A DNA stretch of 50,327 nt from an uncultured Candidatus Saccharibacteria bacterium (lineage in GTDB: Bacteria > Patescibacteriota > UBA1384 > CAJBMM01), in NCBI GenBank assembly GCA_964561525.1, contig CAZLPY010000003.1:1-50327 (forward strand). Direction: 5' to 3'. The position numbers and the translations under genes are program-made. Below the pieces are notes generated by a model, which did not search any database, was not told the DNA's origin, and worked only from the letters and a program-made list of their open reading frames with translations. Below are positions 24,541 through 33,311 of this stretch, one piece after another; the first letter of the stretch is position 1; each line of letters begins with the position of its first letter.

Positions 24541-25833
24541 CTAGATGCCGAGACGGTCGAACGTCAGGTGAACGTTGCGCAAGTGATGCTGCAGGTCGAA
24601 ACAGGCTTCGGTCTCGTGCGGTGACAGCAACGCTGTCACCTCGGGATCCGCCTCGACGTTGCGACGGAATCCTGTACCTCCATCAAGAGCGACTGCGGCA
24701 TTACGTTGTGCGATCGTGTAGGCTTGCTCGCGGGATAGCCCCTTTCCGATCAAGGCAAGCATTACTGCCTCGGAGTGGATGATGCCGCCCATCACATCAA
24801 GGTTGTAGGCCATCCGATCGGGGTATACCACGAGGTTGTCAAGAATGGACGTGAACTTCACCAGCATCCATTCGACCAAGCTGCAGGCATCTGGCAGAAT
24901 AATCCTCTCCATTGAGGAGTTAGACAAATCACGCTCATGCCAGGTAGTGACAGCCTCAAGGGCCGGTACGACGTACCCGCGTACCACTCGCGCGAGGCCA
25001 GTTACGGTTTCGCAATTCCATGGGTTGCGTTTGTGGGGCATCGCACTCGAGCCTTTTTGCCCGACGGTAAAATGCTCTGCCACCTCACGAATTTCAGTGC
25101 GAGCGAGATTTCGAATCTCAGTGGCGTATCGCTCAAGGGAGCTTGCGACGATGGCGAGAGTGGTGATGAGCTGCGCATGGCGATCTCGAGTTACGATTTG
25201 AGTCGAGGCGGGATCGACCGCGAGTCCAAGGGTGTGACACACATGTTCTTCTACTCTTGGATCAACGTTGGCATGCGTACCAACAGCGCCGGAGATTTTA
25301 CCGACGCTCACCATCTCGCGTGCTTGGCCAAGACGTTCGACGTTGCGTGACATCTCGGCATACCATCCTGCCAACTTAAATCCAAACGTGATCGGCTCCG
25401 CTACGATGCCGTGCGTCCTGCCGACTTGGGGGGTATCTCGATACTGCGCTGCCAGTCGCAGAGTGACCGTTGCAAGGATCTGGGCACGGCCATAAATCAA
25501 CTGACAAGCGTCGCGAAGCGTCATACCAAGGGCGGTATCAACGATATCGTACGAAGTCACGCCCTCGTGAAAGTGATTTCCCTCGGAACCGAGTGACTCC
25601 TGCACACAACGCACAAAAGCCATCAAATCATGCCTGGTCTCGCGCTCGATTTCGGCCATGCGCGACAAGTCAAACCTGGCCTTCGCTCGAATCCTGGCCG
25701 TCGTCCCAACCGGCAGTTCCCCGATCTTTTCACGGCCTTCGCACACTGCGATCTCAACATCGAGCCAGCGCTTGGTGCGCTTTTCCATGTCCCACAAGCG
25801 GCTCATATCGTCTGTGATGTAGCGGTCGATCAT
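24541..25833 (-). CDS. purB: adenylosuccinate lyase
   Basis: Fumarate-lyase signature GSSAMPHKRNP. The N-terminus MIDRYITDDMSRLW is typical of PurB. Start ATG 25833 with AGAGGAG upstream. G+C-rich. Confidence 0.9.
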   Translation of the reverse strand: MIDRYITDDMSRLWDMEKRTKRWLDVEIAVCEGREKIGELPVGTTARIRAKARFDLSRMAEIERETRHDLMAFVRCVQESLGSEGNHFHEGVTSYDIVDTALGMTLRDACQLIYGRAQILATVTLRLAAQYRDTPQVGRTHGIVAEPITFGFKLAGWYAEMSRNVERLGQAREMVSVGKISGAVGTHANVDPRVEEHVCHTLGLAVDPASTQIVTRDRHAQLITTLAIVASSLERYATEIRNLARTEIREVAEHFTVGQKGSSAMPHKRNPWNCETVTGLARVVRGYVVPALEAVTTWHERDLSNSSMERIILPDACSLVEWMLVKFTSILDNLVVYPDRMAYNLDVMGGIIHSEAVMLALIGKGLSREQAYTIAQRNAAVALDGGTGFRRNVEADPEVTALLSPHETEACFDLQHHLRNVHLTFDRLGI

Positions 25834-25944
25834 GATGATGTCTGCTCCTCTTAAAAAGTCTGGTTGTGTAGGGTCTTGCGTTGGAACAGCAAAAACGAAA
25901 GCTTCGAATATAGCTTTCCGCATACCGCCGTTGTAACATAATCG

Positions 25945-25978
25945 TTAAAAAACAGCAAATAGCTCGAGAGTACTTGCT
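25945..25978 (-). terminator. terminator-like hairpin upstream of purB
   Basis: Stem AGCAAGTA/TATTTGCT (with one G-T pair), followed on the minus strand by GTTTTTTAA. Confidence 0.4.
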
Positions 25979-26086
25979 TATTTGGCTCGCTAGGTGTTTG
26001 CTTACTCCACCGTGCTTATGTAGTCAGCAGGTGATAAAGAATAATTCTGGAAATAGTTGCTATGACTGTTCATTCATTTCATGTTG

Positions 26087-26264
26087 TTATGCAAAGTAAG
26101 CTCTGCCGATCGAGTAGCCGGCCCAAATGCCAAGCAACCCACCCAGGGCACCAAACAAAATAGCGGCTAGCGAAAACGGATCACTCCCCCACAGGGTTGG
26201 GATAAACTCCCCCACACTTGAGCCAATGAACAACCCAATCCACACGCATGTTTTTGTGGTCATA
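26087..26264 (-). pseudogene. small hydrophobic membrane-protein gene apparently interrupted by a 1-nt frameshift
   Basis: ATG 26264 (AAGGA 10 nt upstream) opens MTTKTCVWIGLFIGS... and stops after 25 codons. The +1 frame continues ...SVGEFIPTLWGSDPFSLAAILFGALGGLLGIWAGYSIGRAYFA* to 26087. Skipping one base near 26220 gives a coherent 58-aa two-TM protein. Confidence 0.3.
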
Positions 26265-26472
26265 GCTAAAACGTCCTTAAGTTATTATGATCATACCATG
26301 CCTCAGTTGGTTGTAAATGCAGCTTAAAGGTATCGATCTGTTGTACCGGAATCCATCGCCGGATCCGTTCATTTTTCACAGCCAAACCTTGACAAGAGTT
26401 ACGAACTCGCAGTAAGATGCTCCCTGTCTGCTTTTTTGGGGGTGAAGCCAGGCAGAAAGTGAAAACGCATAT

Positions 26473-27228
26473 ATGAGACCGCACGCTCCGAAGGAGGGGC
26501 TGCAGGAATCGAAAACGTTCAGCGATTTAGCACAAAATTTAACTAACACATTACGCAATATACTCGGATCTTGGGCACCAACTACCAAAATCCTTGTTTT
26601 TGGTGTGCAACTAATAGTCTTAGCAATGTTCGTAGGACTGCTTCCATCAAAGGCAAGTTCAGAAGCGGGGTTGCAGCAACCATCAGTCGAACTAGCACTA
26701 TCGCATGACGCCGCTATTTTTGCTGGCAACCAACGTCAGATCAAAATTACGCCGACTGAAAGTAATGCAGCAGTTGCGGAGCGACAAAAGCAACAACACC
26801 TTCTGCAATTGTGGCAGGAGCGGGCTGGTGAGACTGGTATTAGCTTACGCAATATTATGCCTGAGCAACTCGATGACGCAATTGCCGATTTCCTTAGTCG
26901 AAACAGTTCACCGCTGGTAGATAACGCAGCCGATTTTGTGGCTGCGGCCGATCAATACAATTTGGATTCGCGGCTGATGGTCGGGATCTCCGGAGCTGAA
27001 TCGTCTTTTGGGGTGCACATTCCGCCCGGATCCCATAATCCGTTTGGTCTTGGTCCAAACCTTCGTTTTGCCAGTTTCCATGATGCCATCTACGCCGAGG
27101 CGGCCTTTTTGGATCACTACTTTGCCCACCGCGGCATCACTAATCCTCACGCAATTGGTCCTTCATACACTGGCACTGGCAGCACTACCTGGGGCGTCGC
27201 CGTAGCAGGGTTCATGACCCGCATCTAA
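26473..27228 (+). CDS. membrane-anchored putative peptidoglycan hydrolase (weak glucosaminidase-like motif)
   Basis: One TM and a shared N-module (QIKITPTESNA) with the next gene. The C-terminal ISGAESSFG...NPFGLG resembles the ESGWG...NN.FGIK pattern of N-acetylglucosaminidases. The family call is tentative. Confidence 0.55.
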   Translation: MRPHAPKEGLQESKTFSDLAQNLTNTLRNILGSWAPTTKILVFGVQLIVLAMFVGLLPSKASSEAGLQQPSVELALSHDAAIFAGNQRQIKITPTESNAAVAERQKQQHLLQLWQERAGETGISLRNIMPEQLDDAIADFLSRNSSPLVDNAADFVAAADQYNLDSRLMVGISGAESSFGVHIPPGSHNPFGLGPNLRFASFHDAIYAEAAFLDHYFAHRGITNPHAIGPSYTGTGSTTWGVAVAGFMTRI

Positions 27229-27289
27229 ATCGCCGTATTAGTGGTATTGGGCGCGTTGGGCTGATGAGACAAAAAAGACCCAAAAACTA

Positions 27290-27318
27290 TTGACAAAGTT
27301 TTGATTTTGTGATAATAT
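27290..27318 (+). promoter_or_regulatory. sigma70-like promoter for the SLT-domain gene
   Basis: TTGACA (27290-27295), a 17-nt spacer, then TAATAT (27313-27318). Confidence 0.5.
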
Positions 27319-27383
27319 GTAGCGTTTTGATGAATCTCTGCCTTGCAGGGATTTTTTGAAACAGAAAGAGAGTTCAATAATCA

Positions 27384-28118
27384 ATGTACAGCGAACCACC
27401 CAAGGGGGGTAAGCGCCAGCTACAGCGAGTTTGGACGAAGATTGTTCGAAAAATTAAAGGTTTAAACAAGCGATTTTTGAAGCGTGAAACTTTGCAATCA
27501 CTCACGCTCAAGATTGCGCTCATCAGTGTGCTGTTCGGCGTGGTGCCGGTCAGTGCTCATCAGTCTCCTGCAGCGTCGGTACAGTTGGCCGATTTAACGT
27601 TATCAAAAAATGAATTGGTGTTTGCTTCTGCAGACAGTCAAATTAAGATTACCCCTGCTGAAAGTAACGCTGAAATTGATCAAAAACGTTTAGCTGCCCT
27701 ATCAGCTCAAAAAAGCGCTTCATTTAGCGTAATGACTATTGAAGATGCGCCAACGCCTTCGCTTGATCAAATGCGTCAAGTGTATGCTGAAGCTGGTCAA
27801 AAGTACGGTGTGCCGGCTCCGTTGATTGAAGCGGTGCACCAAGTTGAGACTGGTAAGTCGTGGGACACCGCGCGTCGCTCCAGTGGTGGCGCAGTTGGCC
27901 CGATGCAGTTTTTGCCATCTACCTTCCGTAGCTACTGCGTTCGCACCGGTGAAGGGTGTAACATTACCAATGCTGAGCAGTCGATTTTTGCTGCTTCGCT
28001 ACTACTTTCAGCAAACTATAACGGCTCGTGGGATAGTGCAATCATGGCCTACAACCACTCGCGTTCCTACGTTGCACGGGTTAAATCGATCGCAAACGAG
28101 CTTGGTGCGAACATCTAA
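27384..28118 (+). CDS. membrane-anchored lytic transglycosylase (SLT/GH23 domain)
   Basis: The C-terminal IEAVHQVETGKSW...GAVGPMQFLPSTF...AYNHS matches the SLT catalytic E-(S/T)-G and GxMQ motifs. The N-module is paralogous to 26473..27228. Confidence 0.8.
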   Translation: MYSEPPKGGKRQLQRVWTKIVRKIKGLNKRFLKRETLQSLTLKIALISVLFGVVPVSAHQSPAASVQLADLTLSKNELVFASADSQIKITPAESNAEIDQKRLAALSAQKSASFSVMTIEDAPTPSLDQMRQVYAEAGQKYGVPAPLIEAVHQVETGKSWDTARRSSGGAVGPMQFLPSTFRSYCVRTGEGCNITNAEQSIFAASLLLSANYNGSWDSAIMAYNHSRSYVARVKSIANELGANI

Positions 28119-28122
28119 GCCT

Positions 28123-28149
28123 AAAAAAGCCCTGAATAAGGGCTTTTTT
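28123..28149. terminator. bidirectional terminator between convergent genes
   Basis: AAAAAAGCCCTgaataAGGGCTTTTTT: a 6-7 bp stem flanked by A6 and T6. Confidence 0.55.
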
Positions 28150-28170
28150 AGTATGAGCGCGAGAGATAAA

Positions 28171-28199
28171 TAAAAGCCCGGCTTCGCTTTGAAGCCGGG
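28171..28199 (-). terminator. intrinsic terminator after the VanX-like gene
   Basis: 9-bp stem CCCGGCTTC/GAAGCCGGG (28177-28199), followed on the minus strand by CTTTTATTTAT. Confidence 0.55.
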
Positions 28200-28213
28200 A
28201 ATTCGGGGTCTAT

Positions 28214-29017
28214 TTACTGAGATGGCAGAAGGTGGTCGGCAGCGCCATATCGGGCAGTAGTGTTCTTGACGCGGGCCCAGCGCTGATTGCCGAGGTCGTA
28301 GTGCCAGCACTCCGGCAAGTAGCCATGGAATCCGGCTTCGACCATGCAGTACAGCAGCAGTTCGCGGTGCTCTTTCACCGTTCGATTCAATGCGCCAGTG
28401 GGCCAAGCCTTTCGCTTGGTCAGCAGGTGATAAAATAGACTGGCCTCTTTGTCCATATGGTCGAATACCGTGCCCATGTCGCACGGCTTACCGTCTTGGT
28501 ACAGCCACACGTCGGCCGATCCGCCGGTACGGTGATTTGCGGGCCGCTTCGGATCCTCGGAGGGGATGGCGACGTAAACGGTAGTTTCGCGGATCAGCAT
28601 CTGACGCTCGTGTCTCGACATTTCAGAGAGTAATCGCTGTACCGTCTTATCTTCAGTCATCCAGCCGACATATCCATGTCGCGGCGCGACGTATGTGGCC
28701 AGGTAGTACGAGAACAGTTTTTGCTGATCCCCGTTCGAGCGATAACCGTCGTAGAGTCGAATCTCATAACCGTGATGTGCGGCCAGAGCGTTGGCGCGCA
28801 ATAAAGCTGCGCATACTGTGCGGCGCAGATACATCTTTGAACTACTCAGCCCCATATGCTTAAAGTAATATGGGTAGCACAGTGCCGGAGGAACAACAAC
28901 GAGTGGCTCGTTGCACTCCTCGATTGGTACATCCTCGAGATTTGGACATCGTTCCTCGGCCAACTGAAGCATGCGCCCGATTTCTTGAAGGCGGCCTCTT
29001 GAAAAGAGTGATGCCAT
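28214..29017 (-). CDS. D-alanyl-D-alanine dipeptidase (peptidase M15D, VanX/DdpX-like)
   Basis: RLYDGYRSNGDQQKLF, HRTGGSADVWL and ECWHYD correspond to the VanX zinc/catalytic blocks. G+C-rich. Confidence 0.8.
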   Translation of the reverse strand: MASLFSRGRLQEIGRMLQLAEERCPNLEDVPIEECNEPLVVVPPALCYPYYFKHMGLSSSKMYLRRTVCAALLRANALAAHHGYEIRLYDGYRSNGDQQKLFSYYLATYVAPRHGYVGWMTEDKTVQRLLSEMSRHERQMLIRETTVYVAIPSEDPKRPANHRTGGSADVWLYQDGKPCDMGTVFDHMDKEASLFYHLLTKRKAWPTGALNRTVKEHRELLLYCMVEAGFHGYLPECWHYDLGNQRWARVKNTTARYGAADHLLPSQ

Positions 29018-29168
29018 GGTATCTGTCCTTTCTGAGACGGAATCGACGATGAAGCTAAAGGCATGATGTAAAAGGTCTCGAATATAGTTTATATCATATT
29101 ATTGATTACTTGTCCATATTTTGATAATCATATTCCCCTATTTCCCCTATTTGCCCTATACTATAAGT

Positions 29169-30431
29169 ATGAAAATAACCAAAATAATTGGTCGGGAAGT
29201 GTTGGATTCACGCGGCAACCCAACCGTTGAAGCCGATGTACATTTGGAAAATGGCCACTTTGGCCGGGCTACGGTGCCAAGCGGTGCCTCGGTTGGCGCG
29301 CACGAAGCGCACGAGCTGCGCGATGGCGACACCAAGCGCTACGGTGGTCTTGGAGTAACGAAGGCGGTAGCCAACATTAATCAGGTGATTGCACACGATT
29401 TAATTGGTCTCGATGTTGAAGACCAGCGCATGCTTGATCAGCGCTTGACTGCGCTTGACGGCACCGCAAACAAATCGCACTTGGGCGCAAACGCCATTTT
29501 AGCGGTCTCGATTGCCTGTCTTAAAGTCGCGGCAGACATGCGCGACCAGCCGATATATTCATATATTGGTGGAGGTGAGGCTACTACGCTCCCGATGCCA
29601 CTGATGAACATCATCAACGGCGGCCGTCACGCGGCTGATTCAGTTGAATTTCAAGAGTTGATGATTGTGCCAATGGGAGCGGAGACCTTCCATCAAGCCT
29701 TGCAAATGGGGCTTGAGGTGTACTACAGCTTAAAAGACCTCATCAAAGCAAAAAATCTTTCAACCACTGTCGGCGATGAAGGCGGATTTGGCCTGCCAAA
29801 TACCTCGAATGAGGATGCGTTGCAGCTGTTAACCGAGGCAATCGAAAAGGCCAACTACCATGCTGGCACTGATATACAAATTGCACTTGATATTGCTGCG
29901 GATGAATTTTTTTCGAACGGGCAGTACGTAATGACCCGTGAAAAAAAGACGTTTACGCCAGAGCAGATGCGCGGTTACGTGAGCGATTTAATGGGGCGCT
30001 ACCCCATTTATTCAGTTGAGGATCCGCTAGCACAGGATGATTGGGCCGGTTACGCTGAGTTTACCGCAGAGCATGGCCACGGAAAGCAAATTGTGGGAGA
30101 TGATTTGTATGCTACGAACATCACAAGACTGCAAAAAGGCGTAGCAGATCGTGCTACAAACGCGGTGTTAGTGAAGTTGAATCAGATCGGTACAGTGACG
30201 GAGACGATCGATGTAGTCAAATACGCCTCACAAAACCGCCTGGCGACCATTATCTCCCACCGTTCAGGAGACACTGTGGATCCATTCATCGCTGATTTCT
30301 GTGTGGGACTATCCTGCGGGCAAATAAAAACGGGTGCTCCTGCGCGCTCCGAGCGCACCGCAAAGTACAATCAACTGCTACGCATTGAGGAATGGCTCGG
30401 CCCCAAAGCCAAATTTTCGAGTTTAGTTTAA
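29169..30431 (+). CDS. eno: enolase
   Basis: MKITKIIGREVLDSRGNPTVEADV..., SHRSGDT and LLRIEE. Start ATG 29169; the upstream ORF extension is translated repeat DNA. No obvious Shine-Dalgarno. Confidence 0.95.
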   Translation: MKITKIIGREVLDSRGNPTVEADVHLENGHFGRATVPSGASVGAHEAHELRDGDTKRYGGLGVTKAVANINQVIAHDLIGLDVEDQRMLDQRLTALDGTANKSHLGANAILAVSIACLKVAADMRDQPIYSYIGGGEATTLPMPLMNIINGGRHAADSVEFQELMIVPMGAETFHQALQMGLEVYYSLKDLIKAKNLSTTVGDEGGFGLPNTSNEDALQLLTEAIEKANYHAGTDIQIALDIAADEFFSNGQYVMTREKKTFTPEQMRGYVSDLMGRYPIYSVEDPLAQDDWAGYAEFTAEHGHGKQIVGDDLYATNITRLQKGVADRATNAVLVKLNQIGTVTETIDVVKYASQNRLATIISHRSGDTVDPFIADFCVGLSCGQIKTGAPARSERTAKYNQLLRIEEWLGPKAKFSSLV

Positions 30432-30453
30432 CAAACTATTAATAGGCGCTGTG

Positions 30454-30482
30454 TTGCAAAGCAGCAGCCGCCAGAGTATATT
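30454..30482 (+). promoter_or_regulatory. sigma70-like promoter for orphan gene 30525..30965
   Basis: TTGCAA (30454-30459), a 17-nt spacer, then TATATT (30477-30482). Confidence 0.5.
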
Positions 30483-30524
30483 TTGCTACAGTACGTGCGT
30501 TCTTTGACAAGGAGGATTGGTTTC

Positions 30525-30965
30525 ATGGAAGTCCATAACATTCCCCGAGAGCTCTTTGACCAGTTTGCAAATTCGCAAAGTTTCAAGGCCTCTGTGCTCG
30601 AGAACGGTGTTCATCTCGGAAAGACCGCACGCGGAAGCTTCGTGTTTTGGCGCGAGCTCAACGTTGTTCTTGCGCCGGGCGAGGCATTTCAGTTTGGCAT
30701 GATCGACGGCTCTACCGTTATTACAAACATCGTATGGGCAGAATACGCGCCACACGTATCGGTATATGCAGGCATGACAAGCAGCGTTAAAGACGAGCCA
30801 GTCGAGCTGGAATGGCGTGATAGTGTCATGATCAATATCAATCGGCCCATCTGCTGCTTCGGCCAAGACGGTTTGATCGAAGACATGTTCGAGGTTTTTA
30901 AAGCGGTCAAGGCGATATGCGATGGAATGGCAGAGCCTGAGCCTTTGGCTGCGCCGGAATGGTAG
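30525..30965 (+). CDS. hypothetical protein (146 aa), no family recognised
   Basis: AAGGAGG 9 nt upstream of the ATG, with its own promoter and terminator. The antisense ORF 30486..30989 lacks these signals. Confidence 0.6.
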   Translation: MEVHNIPRELFDQFANSQSFKASVLENGVHLGKTARGSFVFWRELNVVLAPGEAFQFGMIDGSTVITNIVWAEYAPHVSVYAGMTSSVKDEPVELEWRDSVMININRPICCFGQDGLIEDMFEVFKAVKAICDGMAEPEPLAAPEW

Positions 30966-30975
30966 CATGCCGACA

Positions 30976-31004
30976 ATCGCGGGAATCAACCCCCGCGATT
31001 TTTT
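30976..31004 (+). terminator. intrinsic terminator
   Basis: 8-bp stem ATCGCGGG/CCCGCGAT followed by TTTTTT. Confidence 0.65.
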
Positions 31005-31075
31005 AATATGATGAAACGTGTTAGGGTGACTGTTTCAGTCTGAAGTCCTAAATTCTATTTTCTAAATTCTAATTT

Positions 31076-32155
31076 CTAGCTTCCGTCGGAGACAGTGGAG
31101 CCGGGGTTCACTATTTCTATCCATGTCGGGCCGGCGTACAAATCGGTTAATTTGCCGTCTGCGTTGTAAAACTCGGTGCGGCTGAACGAATCTTTCTTTT
31201 TCCAGGTTCCTTTCACTTTTTGTCCACCTTGATAGATCTCTGCTATACCAGACCCAACGGTCGGCATCGCAAATCCCTGCTCGTTAATTTGAGTTACGAC
31301 GCTCTCGCGCGAAATGTGCTGAATGATAATATTTTTGACGGTAATTTGAGTGCCCGACACCGCATCGAGGTGTGCCACACCTGCCATAGTTCGTTTATAT
31401 GAATTCGTAGTGGGATCAAATGTATACGTAACGGCATATTGTGGCGTTGAAAAATCAATCTTAATACTGGAAATGAGGGTAGCCGGCGCAGTTTTAGGAT
31501 CATCTAAAAAGTGATAGATGTTGTAAGTATCTCGCACAGCTGTTGGCCATTTTTTGGTGGTGGCCAGTTTGTACAACGTTGCGGTATCTGAGTACATGGT
31601 GTGCTCAAGCGCCAGGCCACTCTTTAGTTCGCGATGATACGACTGAGCATTTGCAAATTCATCAATGTCTTTTATGCGATCTTGCGGTATTTTTTCGGTT
31701 AACGCGTCGTAGTTGCCACCAACATGCGCGTAGTAGCAATCAAACTCATCACACCAATCTGCAAAATAGGTGCGAGCGCTCCGGATTGGACCAACTTTGC
31801 TATCATGTGGGCCAAAAATGGCCAAGAAGCGGGTAATTCCCCCCTCGGCGATCGCTTCATAAACCACGCTCGCTTGCGATAACCCTGATTGAGGTCGAGC
31901 GTCGGGATGATTCTCTATCATCACGCCCAATGGATGCCGTCCCGCTAAATCGGGCGTGGTCAGCGAGCCGTCAAGCATCGAAGCTACGTGGGGTTCAGGC
32001 GCAGCAGTGTGGTTGGTAATTTTTTTAGCTAAAATGCTCGATACGACGCTTGGCTTAAACACATTAGTGGTGTTCACCAGCCACAAATACAGGGCTCCGC
32101 ACCCTGCGATGATGATGAAAAAAGCGAGTAAGGCGATAAAAGGACTGCGTTTCAT
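31076..32155 (-). CDS. DUF3048-domain lipoprotein-like protein (YerB-like)
   Basis: N-terminal signal/TM with Cys, and MIENHPDARPQSGLSQASVVYEAIAEGGITRFLAIF, which matches the DUF3048 core. Confidence 0.8.
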   Translation of the reverse strand: MKRSPFIALLAFFIIIAGCGALYLWLVNTTNVFKPSVVSSILAKKITNHTAAPEPHVASMLDGSLTTPDLAGRHPLGVMIENHPDARPQSGLSQASVVYEAIAEGGITRFLAIFGPHDSKVGPIRSARTYFADWCDEFDCYYAHVGGNYDALTEKIPQDRIKDIDEFANAQSYHRELKSGLALEHTMYSDTATLYKLATTKKWPTAVRDTYNIYHFLDDPKTAPATLISSIKIDFSTPQYAVTYTFDPTTNSYKRTMAGVAHLDAVSGTQITVKNIIIQHISRESVVTQINEQGFAMPTVGSGIAEIYQGGQKVKGTWKKKDSFSRTEFYNADGKLTDLYAGPTWIEIVNPGSTVSDGS

Positions 32156-32161
32156 GAAATT

Positions 32162-32254
32162 AAATCCGAAATTCTAAATCCTAGACTCGAAAAAAATGCT
32201 AATAATTAAATATTGAATGTTGTTTCGGATTTCGTATTTCGAATTTGTGATTTA
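32162..32254. repeat. CGAAAT/CGGATT word inverted repeat
   Basis: Left arm AAATCCGAAATTCTAAATCCTAGACTCGAAA and right arm TTTCGGATTTCGTATTTCGAATTTGTGATTTA. Same family as 23472-23559 and 14566-14657. Confidence 0.45.
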
Positions 32255-32262
32255 GCATTCCC

Positions 32263-33192
32263 TTACTTTTTTCCAACAATTACCACAATTTCAGTTGCGG
32301 ATGCGGGCGTTACCGAGTCCTCTTTTTCGGTTACAGAATACGATTTTAACTGCGCAGCGATATCATCTGCAACCGCCTTTGCGTCACTGTTTTTATAGAG
32401 CACCTGAGTAGTAGCGTACGTATACGATTTGGCGTTAGCCGTGCTCGAGATGGTGTACCCGGCTGCCTTGAGGATGGCTGCGACCTTAGCTGCCGCGCCG
32501 GCCACTCCCCCACCATTTAACACGCGTACCGTAGCGGTTTCCTTAGTTAAGGCAGTCGACGCGGTGGTTGCTACTGGAGCGGTAGAGGGCGTAGTAGTCG
32601 ATGCGGTAGAGGGAGTTGTCGTTGCAGCGGCAGTATCAGTTTTTTTGGCAACCGCGGTAGTATCCGCACTTGTAGTGGAGGTTGCGTCTTTTTTGGTTTG
32701 GGTGAAGTAAATGACCGCTTGGGAGACCAGCAGTGCAAGCAGAATAATTAAAATGGTGCTTAAAATTGCGGTGACGTAACGAGTTTTCCGCCCACTTGAG
32801 ACATTACCGAAAGTGGAGTGAGAGATTGGTGCGTGATCCGAAGGCTCGTGGGGCGCCATTGCTGCAGTAGCGCGGGGAATGTCAGGTGCTTTTGGCGGCT
32901 CATCGTCGTCTTTATCGGTGTCGGCTTCACGATGTTCTTCGGTCGATTTACTCGGGTGATCCGCTTTTTCTTCCCCATCCGCTACTGAAAAATCAGGACG
33001 GAGTGGCTCGGATTCGTCTTTATCCTTAGCTGATGTTTCCGGTTTTTCTACCACCATTTTTTCGTCGTGCTGTTTGGCCGGCTTGGTGTGCTCTGGCTCT
33101 ATCTCTTTTTCAGCGCCGTCGGATTTGCTTTTCTGCTCATCTTTATCTGCATCGGCATCCGCGTTGGCGTTAATATCAAAAAATTTAACCAT
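32263..33192 (-). CDS. membrane protein with acidic disordered N-terminus and C-terminal LytR_C domain
   Basis: One TM and a Thr/Ala-rich linker. The C-terminal VRVLNGGGVAGAAAKVAAILKAAGY...IVVIVG is the LytR_C pattern. AGGAGAGG Shine-Dalgarno. Confidence 0.75.
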   Translation of the reverse strand: MVKFFDINANADADADKDEQKSKSDGAEKEIEPEHTKPAKQHDEKMVVEKPETSAKDKDESEPLRPDFSVADGEEKADHPSKSTEEHREADTDKDDDEPPKAPDIPRATAAMAPHEPSDHAPISHSTFGNVSSGRKTRYVTAILSTILIILLALLVSQAVIYFTQTKKDATSTTSADTTAVAKKTDTAAATTTPSTASTTTPSTAPVATTASTALTKETATVRVLNGGGVAGAAAKVAAILKAAGYTISSTANAKSYTYATTQVLYKNSDAKAVADDIAAQLKSYSVTEKEDSVTPASATEIVVIVGKK

Positions 33193-33311
33193 GTATGGCC
33201 TCTCCTATCCTATATTGTGATACAGACTGCAACTTTCCGCAACCCCTACCATCTAGTCCGACACAATTTGTGTTCGCTAAACACCAAAAATAGCCTTTAA
33301 GCCGCATATAC

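Noticed and set aside
26376-26729. 117-aa minus-strand ORF overlapping the start of 26473..27228.
   Set aside because: It has no Shine-Dalgarno and an implausible composition. The plus-strand ORF has a paralogue with the same architecture immediately downstream.
29130-29168. CCCCTATTT CCCCTATTT GCCCTATAC direct repeats upstream of eno as a regulatory array.
   Set aside because: It is only about 2.5 short copies with no palindromic character. It is more likely part of the low-complexity word DNA common in the spacers. It is noted but not called.
30486-30989. 167-aa minus-strand ORF fully overlapping 30525..30965.
   Set aside because: It has a TTG start without a Shine-Dalgarno. The promoter, AAGGAGG and terminator all favour the plus-strand gene.
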